A DNA stretch of 64,000 bases from Takakia lepidozioides (lineage: Eukaryota; Plantae; Bryophyta), in contig CM060733.1 of NCBI GenBank assembly GCA_030704615.1, positions 73,594,001-73,658,000 on the forward strand. The letters run 5' to 3'. Below are positions 23,865 through 35,900 of this stretch, piece by piece. The position numbers and the translations under genes are program-made. The notes under the pieces are model-generated. The model did no database searches. It saw only the letters and a program-made list of their open reading frames with translations, and was not told where the DNA came from. The stretch's first letter is position 1. Every line of letters starts with the position of its first letter.

Positions 23865-26008
23865 TGTGAAATTCGAAGGGGAAGAGTGCGTGTATCTTTT
23901 CGCAGCTGCTGCAGTGGTGTTGGCAGCACAGGATATCTGAGAAAGTTCCACCTACGCAAAGGGTATCAGCTTGCTTTTAAGAGAAACGTTAAGAGCTCCT
24001 GCTTGGCTTTCTGTGCAAGAAGAAGCGGTGCCACCTTCTTCGTAAGCAATGATCAAACCTGAGGGATCAGGTTTGTGATAAGGGCGGTGCACCACTGCTG
24101 TCGCCATTGTCTTGATGAGCACATTAATGAGGAGATGGAGCGGCTCAGCAGGTGTTGGGGGATGAGAAATGTAGGCTGGTGTGTATAGCGCCTCAGGTTG
24201 TCTGTGATCAAATCTTGTAGCTACTGTCTGTTTTTGAGCTTTAGGACCAGATCACTTTGTAAGGGAAGAATGTAAGCATCTTTTCGCAGCTGCTGCAGTG
24301 GTGTTGGCAGTACAACATATCTTAGGAAGTTCCACCTGCGCAAAGGGAATCAGCTTGCCTTAAAGAGCGACGTTAAGGGATCTGGCTTGGCATTCTGTGC
24401 AAGAGGAAGCGGTGCCGCCTTCTGGTGTGTATGGCGCTTAAGCTATCTATAATTAAGTTTTGTATCTGCTCTCTGTCTTAAGGGCTGTAGGACCAGATCA
24501 CTTCATAGGGAAGAAATGCACATGTAGAAGGATAGGGTAGAGGTTGGCAGGCACAAGGATGTGCCAGCAGCTGAAGCAGAGCCGTCATGCCTTAATGAGG
24601 ACTGGAATCACGATAAGAAGAAACGTCGGAAATGGCTGACGAGGGAGATGACAAGGTGCCTTCTTGACAGGCAGACCCACCGCTTCAATGAGTATAAGAC
24701 AGATAAGTTCGAAGAGTGGCCCCCCTTTTTGGTGACTTAGAAATCGCTTTGTGAAGTTTGGACTGTCTCTTGTATGTAGTAAGAGACACTGACATGTGAG
24801 GAAGAAAAAGAGCTTTGGAAATGGAATGAAGACACTGGACTTCAAACCAGGATGGACTGGAGATGGATGCACCTGTTGTTACATTGTACAGTAGGAAAAA
24901 TGAATGGAAACAGGGTTGACTCGTTGCTGGGACAGAATGGTTGCTGTTGTCGTATTCTTGTTCTTTGTTTCAGCGTCATGAGCTTGTACAAACAATCTAG
25001 CCTGGGATGTTGACACATTGCAGTCAATGTGGAACTAGCTTAGTAGGTAGAGGAAACCAGTGAGGGTTAGATAGAACTGTTTGGAAACAACAAGAAGGGA
25101 TGATGTGGATGGGGCAGAAAAACCAGCATCTGTTTGGGTTTGGATCTGATTCTCAGAGTGCTCTCAGCATGTGAACCACTGAGGTTCACAGTTGATGGGA
25201 AAAAGAGAGCCGGGTGTGTAAATTGAGACCTGTAGAAGGGTTGAGAGCTGTCTTGGGCAAATGGCTACACCTGGGAAAAGTGGAGTGTGAAGCATCTGTC
25301 ATTGGCAAGAGAGGGACTGATAAAAGGGCTGATTATATCTTGTGTGACCAAGGTTGATTCCAATGCTGGGTGCACTGGATGCTTGGCTGAATGCGCATTG
25401 CATTGCATCATAGACATGCTACAGTGGAAAGAGTGAGGAACCTACTCACCCTGAAAGAAAGAGAGAGGGAGAGAGAAAAGGACATAAGGGAGAGAGCTGA
25501 CCAGCAAGAGGGGATGGTGAGGAATGGATGATTGGGGAGGTAAGATAAAGAAAGCATGAACCCATGAAGGGCCAAACTGGTGGGCCTGCAACTCATGGCA
25601 GATCTGAGTTGCCTCCTTCTAAATCGTGATCTTATTACAAAGGGGCTTCCACGTGTTGCTGACCAAGGGAGCTGCCCACAAGGGCAGTGGTCATCACTGA
25701 CGTAGGGCTGGTTGCATCACCGAAGACAGCATGGTAACATGGCTGGTGCAGTGTACCAGGGAGAGGATGTCGTGTAGAAGTAGAACCACGGGTGAAAACA
25801 ATACAGACTCCCCATCCATGTCTTCTCTTCCGCTGCGGCGTGGATGAGGATTGTGTGAACTCTGATCATGAAGGACCTGAGGGAAACCCACACCGAGTGA
25901 CGATGGTTGGATCACTGAGAGGAGAGCTCCTTTCCTTCCCTCCGATTGACCTGGGGAGGAGCACAACTAGACTTGCACAGAAGGGGATTCACGCCCCTTC
26001 TTTTCACA
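23865..26008 (+). mobile_element. Solo LTR of the same family as 11991-13941
   Basis: Starts TGTGAAATTCGAAGGGG, ends CCCCTTCTTTTCACA (imperfect terminal inverted repeat). Internal duplication near 24277-24420. No clear TSD. Confidence 0.78.
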
Positions 26009-26979
26009 CTACAGTTCACCCCAAAGCTTCTCCTCACCTCTATTATATGTTTTTGGATACTTCCCTGCTGCCACACTGGCAATAACTTGCCAAAGTCACT
26101 CCAAACCACCACAGATGTACCCAACGACCTAACTTACAGAATTCAATATGCATCTTGTGGCCGAGTCTGATGAGAGGGCAACACAGGCTGAAATAGGTTG
26201 AAGAAGAAGGTGCCCTACCACATTGTCCTTGACATGTCCTGACCCATGGAGGATTTGACCGATGACCTCTTGTGTGTGCTGCTTGTGTCTGTAGTCAGGT
26301 AATGTCGGATTGGTCTGTCAGATCGAACCACTACGGCGTAGATGAGTAGTCAGAGATAAACACGCTTGCTAAGACCAAGCTGACTCTCCCAAGAACGGCG
26401 AGCTCGCTTGTCCTCGTCTCGTCTCCTCCTCCTCTTCTCCTTCGTGCATCATTTGCTCAACGCCTCCATCCCACGCCCCTGCATATCCTGCTATCATCGC
26501 GTTCCATCCCTCAGCTATGTGGTGTGGCGCAGGAGACAAAAAGACGCCAAGTCCCAGCCCTCCTTTCTGTTCACGATTACACTAATGGGCAACCTTATTA
26601 GCAATTTTTTTAACTTTTTTAAATCTAATGGGCAACCTTATTTGCATTATATGTGCCTTCAAAATGACACGTGTAGTGATGTAGTCGTATAAATAGAGCT
26701 CTGAAACCATCTTCAGTCATGGAGTCATAAGATTCCATGAAACGTCGTCCACGTGTAGTCAAACATATCACACTAGTCATATAAATCATCATTGTCATCA
26801 TGGTCAACAATGTTTGACCAATGCTCCCTAACTTTCCGGAGTCATGTAGTGATATCCATTACTACAAAGTCATAAAACTAAAACCGTAATGCATTTCAGC
26901 GCTCTGTAGTCATGTACCTAGTGCAGTTTTTATGACTCCGCCAAACCCGTAGTCCTAAAAACGCTCATCTCTTGTAGTG

Positions 26980-27345
26980 CAGAAACAGTAGTTCAGTGTG
27001 TCAATGAGAGTTTCTTGGTGGCTCTGGACGGACGGGCAGCCAAGTTGGCATACATCAAGACCATGGAGGGTCTGAAGGGCAGAGCACTGAAGAAGGCGGC
27101 TGAAGCAGAGCCTTCCAACACCCCTGGGTTTCTGAAGATGGTCTCGTTATTTGAGAATGTGTGTGCAGGGAAGGATTGCAGGAGGGGCGGAAAAGCCACA
27201 AAATGGTCTTGCGATATGATCAACTTGGATATTCCGGACGGAGAGCCTGTGGAAGGACTGCAAGGTTTGCCATCTTGGAACAGGTACTCTGAGGACTTTT
27301 GGAAGAAAGGATTCGGGCTCGCCCGCATGGTGTTGGACGAGATAA
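26980..27345 (+). pseudogene. Internal fragment of a ParB-MTase homolog (MTase motif IV region)
   Basis: VQCVNESFLVAL...TPGF...CDMINLDIPDGEPVEGLQGLPSWNRYSEDFWKKGFGLARMVLD aligns with copy 1 at ~10050-10400. Confidence 0.85.
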
Positions 27346-28852
27346 TTTGACAGAAGCTGTTTGAACTACAGCCACATAGTCGATACCACACTGCGCAATG
27401 CAACCTGTCTGGCTGCCTCGTCCTCATTGTCATCATCAGCAGAGGTGATGGGGTGCAATTTTCTCCATTGATGATAGTGCCGATTCAAGCAAACAAGCAA
27501 TTAATTAGATGGCCTGTCAGACTCTGGCTTTACCAACGGCTTTCTTGAAGGGATCAACAAGCTCCCCGTTTATAACTCTCTTCACAAGCTGGCAGCGGTA
27601 GCCCAAATGTTGGTTGTCCTCCAAGTGCCGTAACAACTATGCAAGTTCCGAACACTTCAATCCAGCTTTACCGTGGCTTCCTTGCCATCCTCCTGCCTGT
27701 GCTGCCACTTCTCAAGTGCCTAGAAAGAAAGTGAAATGTCAAGCTGACTTTCATACCTCATCAACAGGTCGTTTCTCGGTAGCAGCCAGTGCTAGTACGT
27801 GAGTTTCCCCACATCCACTCTTAAACAACCACTCCAACTGCTATTGCCTATCGCCATGCCATATGAATCTACAGACTTTGTAGAGTATGTATCTATATAA
27901 CGGGGGCTTCCCATTTTGTATTGGTCTACGGAAAAGCATCTCTAGTGCCGACAAGTTGGGCCGCCCAGGACGCAAAGATCGCTGGTGTCGGCCATACACA
28001 TAACCGAGAGCAAGACATCATGCTCCGACAATTATAGGCTGGAAATCCACAATTGTACAAACATGCCAGTATTCTGATCAAGAGATTTGGGAGGTGCGCT
28101 TCCCCTCTTTAAATCTGTGTCTAGTAAATGCTCCTAGTAGCAACTGGAAAACACCAAAATTATTCCTCTGTGTGGCTCAGGGAAGCAAACAAGTACTAAA
28201 CTGGATTGACCTGATAACCAAGGACCTAGAAGGGCTACTATGTGATTGTATCTTGCAAAGTTCAGGGTGGATAGTCAGAAATAGGTGATCAGTAAAGGTG
28301 AGTATTGGTTGGCAACCTGCTCGAAGATTAAGTACTCCTTTAAGTGGCTCCTGGTTGTCTGCATGCTTTGCGGAAATACCAACTTGCTGGCAGTGTTCAG
28401 CAATTGGAAGAAAAGCTAGAGTCTTCTAGGTATCTTTCTAGGCAATGTCTGGTTGTGGTTTCTAGCAATAAGCATTGCATCCTGATGAAATAATCGGTTA
28501 AACGAGAGGAATCGACCACATGCATGTATTTGCATATACTATACCACCAGACCATGACACATGACAAACCAAAAGACATGCACACATATGTGCACACGTC
28601 GGTAGATACCAGGTAGGTAAATACTTAGTGACTTTGCACCAGTTTTTCTCCTGCTCCTCCCTCTGTTGCTGAACTAGATGTCACTGGGGTCTCATGTCAT
28701 ACAGCTAGGACTGACTAAATGCAAACAGACCTACAACCATGTGCACAGGCAGACACATGTATACATACACCAATAGTGTTAGACCCTTTAAAAAATACCA
28801 GGAATAAATAACAAGTGATAGCAATAATAAAAGACTATGGTCTGGTATGCAG

Positions 28853-29324
28853 TGTTGGAGAATGGAGAGAATTGGAGTGTGGGACAGAGGCAGCTCTTCT
28901 GTTTGGGGCGTGCCCTTTTAAAGCGTAGTCGCATTCTGGTGCTGGACGAAGCCACAGCATCTGTTAATGCGCAGACAGATGCATTAATCCAAAACACTGT
29001 GCGAGAAGAGTTTGGGGCATGCACCATCATTAGCATCACGCATCAAATACCCACTGTCATGGATAGTGACATAGTGCTTGTCCTGGATGCTGGTAAGCAT
29101 TTGTATCATATGTGCACATCAGATAATCAGTCCTCTTTCATCATTAGACTTTGAACCTCATTTTGACCTGACAATTTGAGCTCTTCTCATGGACAGGTAA
29201 GGTGAAAGAGTACGACAGCCCTACAAAGCTATTGGAGAACCCATCATCCATATTTGCCTCCTTGGTTCAGGAGTATTCCAGGTGGTCAAGTAGCACCATG
29301 GACTTGAGAGCTCTTGACAAATAG
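28853..29324 (+). pseudogene. ABC transporter C family (MRP) last two exons (28853-29092, 29197-29324), orphan
   Basis: [36 protein letters not shown] and GKVKEYDSPTKLLENPSSIFASLVQEY. D-loop D>N and H-loop AHR>THQ changes; no upstream exons found. Confidence 0.75.
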
Positions 29325-29996
29325 TCTTCTCTGCATGCTAATTCCCTTGAATGTAAGCTCTCCTCAAATCTCCTTGACAATAAGGTCTGGCCTACGCCAT
29401 CCATTGCAATACGTGTGAGGCAATTCATTAGAAAGTTTTATGTTTTTGGTGGTGGTCTGCAATTATCAATATGCCTGACACTCCTAAGGAGCATGTAAAG
29501 TATTCATCATTCTTACTCTACAAAGTATTAGCCATATAGTGCAACCTTCCAACAAGAATTTTAGTTGTTACTGTTTACTGCTTCAATAACTGCACTTTTC
29601 AACTGAGAATGGCTTTGACTTCCTGGTGTGCGTGTTAAGAAGTTTCTTTCATCCCACAAACGAGAGCAAGTGCAATTTCCAAGCTACTAGCTTGAAAATT
29701 CTCAGCTGACATGCCATTGCATGACTAAGAACTTCCTTTCAAATCCACCATTACTGCCATGCTATGCAGTGCAATGTAGGAAACCAGCACAGCTTCAAAG
29801 TGTACGATTGCCAAAGCCCTTGGAAGTCCATTATCGCGATAATCGGGGATCACCAAAACCTCCATTGAACAAAAATAGGGTGACTTGCAAGAAGGTATGC
29901 CTCCTTTGAGGGGCCAACCAACGAATTGACTACTGTACCATTGAGAGGAGCGGCTGTCAAGGTATCTGTGCCATGAATCCCTTCAATCCAGAGGGG

Positions 29997-32900
29997 TCAA
30001 GAGGGGCAAAAAACTGTGGCCAACCCTCTTTCGACCGACACATCAATTGTTGGCCCATAAACCATGGGATCGGTGCTTCCATCACCCATGGAGCCATGGC
30101 CCCGGGCAAGAACTTCCCCATCTAAGTCAACATAACCCCCTTGCGTGTCACTGGCATAGCGCCCACCAGGAGCAAGTCGGAAGGCCTTTACCTGTCACAA
30201 AATGCATCATACACAGCATGTCAGCCCTCACTTACAACATGGAATACTAAACTACCTGGCATGTGTGGATGGGGAGGGAGAGATAGAGAGAGAGGCATCT
30301 TTGTGTCATCCAACTGGGGCAATCCAGGTTCAATACATGCAGGAGGATGGTGGATGCACATGGTTGCTGGCTGGCAACACTGTACACCATCACATGGCCA
30401 CAGAAGTGCTCTCTATTTCTAGCTGCTCTTTTCCCAGCTGGGATACCTTCTGTACAGAGGTACAAAACTTACTTTTACTCTAGCGAGCGCCCATTGTGGA
30501 AGGCCCTTACACTACTTTAGATCTGCATTTTGCATGACTACTAAATTTAGCCTCAATTAAAAGGTCAGACAGACACAGAGCCTGATGGTGAAACATAAAA
30601 TTCAAATCTTTTACAGCCTGACCATGTATCCAGAGGAAAATTGTGTTGTATGGAGGGGTGCTTACTACCGGTGGTTGCACAAACCAGCATGGTTGGTAGA
30701 TTTCTAAGCTGTAAGGGAATAAATAGCATTAGATCTCCAGTGGTCAAACCCCCTTAAAGTGGCTCCATGATGACTGCAAGCGTTCTTGTGATCTAGGCTC
30801 TGTTACTGGATTAACATTTTGGGCAGTTACCCATGCTTTGCATCTGGATAAGCATCTGGATAAGAATTGTTGGGCAGTTACCCATGCTCAAAGGGTTTTA
30901 CCTTCAGGTACTGCACATATTTGGACTTGATGTGACTCCCAGTCTGGATCTTCAGGAGGAGACGAAGCAATGACAGTCGGGGACAGTCCCGGATGATGAT
31001 TAAGTCTAAGAATCCATCTGAAAACTGCAGCCCATGGTAGAAAATAAACATCAAATTACTTGATAGGATGATTGAACCCTTAGCTCAATCTCTTCGCCAC
31101 CTGTGAAATTTTCCTACACTCACACACTAGAAAGATCTCCTAAAGACGTAATTATCCTCCCAGGGGACCTTGTTTAGTTGTGTATGATAGGGCTCACCCC
31201 TGAAAGGGGGCAGTACCTGCATGGGGACGAGGCTCTTATTTCCGCTGGCTTCGGCCAGTGTCTCTTCTTCTTTTATCCTCACAGGTGGGGGACACTAAAA
31301 GGATAGTAACAGCATAGATGATATTTATGGGTACAAGTTGATTGTATGCTCTGTACCTTCCCCAAGATGTGACACATGATATTTTGACCACTGCCAGTCA
31401 GTGTGCTGGGTAGGACAAATGTGAGCAGGGGGCTATGATTGCACTGCAATTCACACTGTAGGCACAAATTATCTGGCGGGATTAGGCCTACAGACCATCC
31501 CATTATACGCCCAAATGCTAAACACTTACACAACAAACTACTTTTTAGTGTAGGAAATGGTCTTCATAATGTCCACTGGAAGATCAAAGGAAGGGATCAA
31601 GAGAGAATACCTTTGCTAAAGGGGCTGACAGGACGTGCTCACCCGCATACGGCACATTGTGGAGCCAAACAAGGATGAAGGCGCCATCCATGGCTCGCCA
31701 CTCTGCCTGACTAGGAACTGATAATGGCCCAGAGTAACCATTTTTTCGCCAGCTTCTCTCACTGTCAGCATCAGTGTTTTGTAAGAGGGCCTTCACTTCC
31801 AGCTCACTACTATAAGGACCCCCTGTTCCCTCCGAACCTGGAGCTGGGATGTAAGCAAAACTGCCCATGTATCGCCGCAAATTCACAATTCTAATCAAAG
31901 TCTGCCACACCCCACATGAAGGTAAGTGAGGAGACTCCAGGGGATTACATCTAAGCAAATATTTTCCATGTGCTTCTTCATACCATAAATGAACCAGGCG
32001 AGCATACGGACACCTATCTGGTTACCTCTAGTGCATTTCAGGATAGTGGACACTGGACAGAGACAGCAAAAGCAGGAGAGAGGATCTAGGGGGCTGGGAG
32101 CAAGAAGGGGGAAAGGCAGCAAGAGAGGAAAGAAAGAAGGAAGAAATGAAATGAATGAAATGGTACTTTATAAGAAGAAATGAAATGAAATGAAATGGTA
32201 CTCTATAATGTCCGCGGAAAGCTCAAAGAGCTTATGGGACAAAATGGGAAAAACAAGAGAGAGGAAACAAAACCAGAGCCAAAAAACAGCCCAAAAGCAA
32301 CTACTGCTCAAGAGATTGTCTAATGGTCAAGGCCTTGTGCAGGTAAGCTGCCAAAGAAATGAAATGAAATGGTACTTCATAACGTCCGCGGAAAGCTCAA
32401 AGAGCTTATGGGACAAAATGGAAAAAAAACATGAGAGAGGAAACAAAACCGGAGCCAAAAAACAGCCCAAAAGCAACTACTGCTCTAGGGATTGTCTAAG
32501 GGTCAAGGCCTCGTGCAGGTAAGCTGCCAAGCATTTCTGATCCTCATAGTGGAAGACTTCAGTGAGAGATTGAGTTCCGCGGAATAGACAGTGGAATCTC
32601 CCACGGATCTCATAATATAAAGGGCAATAAAAGAAGAAATGTTCTTCAGTTTCAATTCCGAATCAGGTCTCATCCCTCCTCAACTCAATTCTCCATCAGC
32701 CCTCACATTCTCAAGCTGTCCAGCCCATACGTCTCTCTCACCCAAAACGACAACACGAGAAAAGGCCCTATCTTCTATGCAACCACTGGCTATCTAGTAT
32801 CCGAGTCCAATCGTGCTCATCAAGGATCGCTGCCCCAGGTCGCTGCCCACCGGCCATGTTCTTCAATTGCCCAGAGTTGTCAGTCTTCTGACACACAAAC

Positions 32901-35900
32901 ACGATGCAGCTAACAAGCCCTAAATATTAACCGCCAACTATAAAGAAAGCGCCGCAATGCTTCTTCAAAAACCCGAGGTTGCGCCTGGTGCAAGCTGGGC
33001 ATAGGCGGTCCTCCCGTTGCAGGCTTCGCAACTTGGTTGAAATAAAGTTCTACCTCAACAGGCATATATATTGTTGGGTTGTCGCCATTGTCGACTTGTC
33101 AAGCCACTACGATGAAATAAAAGAATATATGGAGATTTTTTTCAATCTCTTGGGCTTTTCTCCGTATAATAATTTGTTTTATTGGCGTAGGATCATTATT
33201 ATTATTATTATTATTTTTCGTTCATTTTTATCTCTTCTTTGACATACCTTAAATTTAAGTAAGTGATGTCTTCCCATCTGCCAGTCTGTAAACGTAGATT
33301 CTGGGAGCCCACCCTGAACCGCCCCAATGCCCTCATGAGGGAAGGAGATAAAGGCGCCGAAAGGTAATTGGGCTGCAAGATTCTATCATCAAGGAGAACC
33401 AAGAATGCCTCTCGATAGAATTGGAGTTTTGTTGTGAGATTGGGTAGCTTCCAAGTTCTCCTGACATGTAGTTCCATAAGTTCCCTTCTAATGAGTCTGT
33501 TGCAATCCTGTTTGGATGTGATTTCCACCCGTTGTGGATTCTCTGGCAATAGCGAAGTAATAGAGAGTCCATTGCGCTCAAACTGCACACTCGGGCATAC
33601 CAAGAGTGCTTGAAACCTGCTGTTTTGAGCCTAATAGATGTTGCGAGGGCTCTTGCCATGAGCCCATTGGGTGGAAGGGCTTGTAACCTTTTAAGAAAGA
33701 TTGTAAGCCGGAAGAGGGCCTCGGTTTGAAGTGGCACGCATGCAAACTCTGCACATAGGATGTGAGATTGAGTTGTGCCTCTGGCGCCAAGCATTGCTTG
33801 GAGAAAAGATGACTGCAATGGTTCCAGATTCATTTCCCACCAGGAAACTGGGACACCAAGTGCCCAGAACTCACAACCACAAGTGGCAGCTGGGGTGACA
33901 ACGCTGTCAAATAGCCACTTTTTGGTTGGGGGGTGGCGCAGATGTATCTGTTTGCATTTGGCGGATGGAGACGGATGGAAAGAAACGAATTTTCAAACGT
34001 CCACAGCAAGCTTAATGAGCTTCTGCGACAAGGAAAAGAGAAAATAGGACAGACCAACTGATAGGACGCCAAACAAACGAAAAAGAGTAGGGGAAAGAAA
34101 TGCAGAAAAAGCAAGTATCACAAAGGTATCAAAGCAAGAAAAACCATAAAACTCCAATCAGGAAGTAGTGAGCGTAGTGTCACACTAGGTTCTTGCTCAA
34201 TCAGATAGTACCAAGACAATGAAAGGGCATACCTGTACATCTAAGCGTAAGCTACCCATCCACCGGAACCTCTCTGACTCGAAGTCCACATCCGCGACAA
34301 GCCCTGCGACCTCATCAAGCAGACCTTAACTATGGTACCTTACCTACATCCATTAGCCTACTGTTCCTAGTGGGCAATGTACATCCTGATCAAAATAGTA
34401 GTATGTTCCCTTTAGAACTGTCTTACATGTGTTTGCAGAAAGCCCAAGACACCAGACGTACCCCAAGAGAGCATAAGGATGCTGTGAAACCTGACTTGCC
34501 CTTGCATGACGGTTGCCACATCCAGTGCTTGCCTATGCCCTGCCACCCCCCTCATTCTCTTAGATGCCTAACTTGTTAATGTTGAATGGCTTCATAACTT
34601 GAACTTTGATGTGGGTACCTTTCATGACTCATTGCTTCCACGTCTTGGTCAACTCAGGAGACTACAGAAGAAAGGAAAAGAGAATGTTGAGGTGTGGTAA
34701 CAAGGCTGGAATTCTCAGCAAATATTCATAAGTTTCCACATGAAATTGCGCTCTAAATATCCAAATACATACCTCCCACGTTTTAAATCATTGAATTGTG
34801 AACCTCACGACCATGATAGGTAACCTCTCTAGAGGGGAAACATGATCATGGCTGCTAGGAAACATGGTCAAAGTGACAATAAGCAGGAAAACCATAGAAC
34901 CTTGCAAAACTGCTGTTGTGAGCCTAGAATTGGATGTTGTGAAAGGTATGGCTCTTAGGCACGACATAGCTCTAGGGCTCTCCTTCATAGTACTTCTGAG
35001 TACTGTTTAACCTTGGGTAGGTTGACAAAACTAATTCGCCTATTCGGGGTTTATTAAGGCTTCTTTCTTTCATTCTCTCTTTCTATTTGCCTCTCTCTTG
35101 ATCTCTCTTGAACTCCAACCAGGCTAAGTCTCTAGAATCCATTCAAGTGGGGGTGCTTAAGGAGTGTATGTCAGCATGCTCCAAAACAGCCAATGTGGCT
35201 GTTCGGGGTGAGTTTGGCATTCCGTCCTTAAGCTCCCGACGAGATGAATTCAAGGTCAGATGGTGGGGTCAGCTGCAACATATGCCCAACACCAGATATC
35301 CTAAGTTAATCGACTCTATATCTTGGAAACAGGACCGCCCTGTCAAACAGGCTAAGTCCTGGCAGAAGAGAGTAGAAGAGATCCTCAAGGACCTGGACCT
35401 GGATCCGCAAGTCTTGACCCTGCTGGATAAATCTGACTTAGAGGCTGTAGTGTCCTCAGCCATGTCTGTTGCCATGAGATTGTCTGATGAAAATGAAGTT
35501 AGGCAGAAAACTTCCCTGAACTTGTTTCCAGTCTGTGACATGGGGGAGGACATCTTGGATGACCTCAAGGGTCTACCCACTCTCGGCACTAGACTGAAAT
35601 TTAAACTCAGGGCAGGAAGCCTACCTTTGAAGAGCAAACAGAAGCAGAGAGGAAAGGGAGAGTGCAATTGCCCGTTGTGTGGGCAATCTGAAGACAGTAT
35701 TCATTTTCTGATACACTGTCCGGGGTTCTCTCACCAAAGAGACGCTCTCTTCAAATCTATTAAGGGAATTGTGCCTGTACCCCTGTTTACCAACTTTGAA
35801 AGTCTCGAGGCTGAGCCAAAAGCCCAGGCCCTCCTGAGGCCTAGTTTTTGGGCAAATCACACACAGCAGATTGATGCTTGTGTGAAGGGATTTCTAGAGG

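Larger units (their letters stand above)
18927..26979 (+). mobile_element. CACTA/En-Spm element, right part (left part displaced by copy 2 insertion and the gap)
   Basis: TnpD-type transposase; subterminal (GT)AGTCAT repeats at ~26670-26960; terminal TCTTGTAGTG (reverse of CACTACAAGA) at 26970-26979. Assigning this terminus to this transposase is inference. Confidence 0.75.

Noticed and set aside
23860-26013. Target-site duplication around the solo LTR
   Set aside because: Flanks CAGGA and CTACA do not match.
27350-28100. Possible degraded exons on the minus strand
   Set aside because: Short stop-interrupted frames with no motif I recognise.
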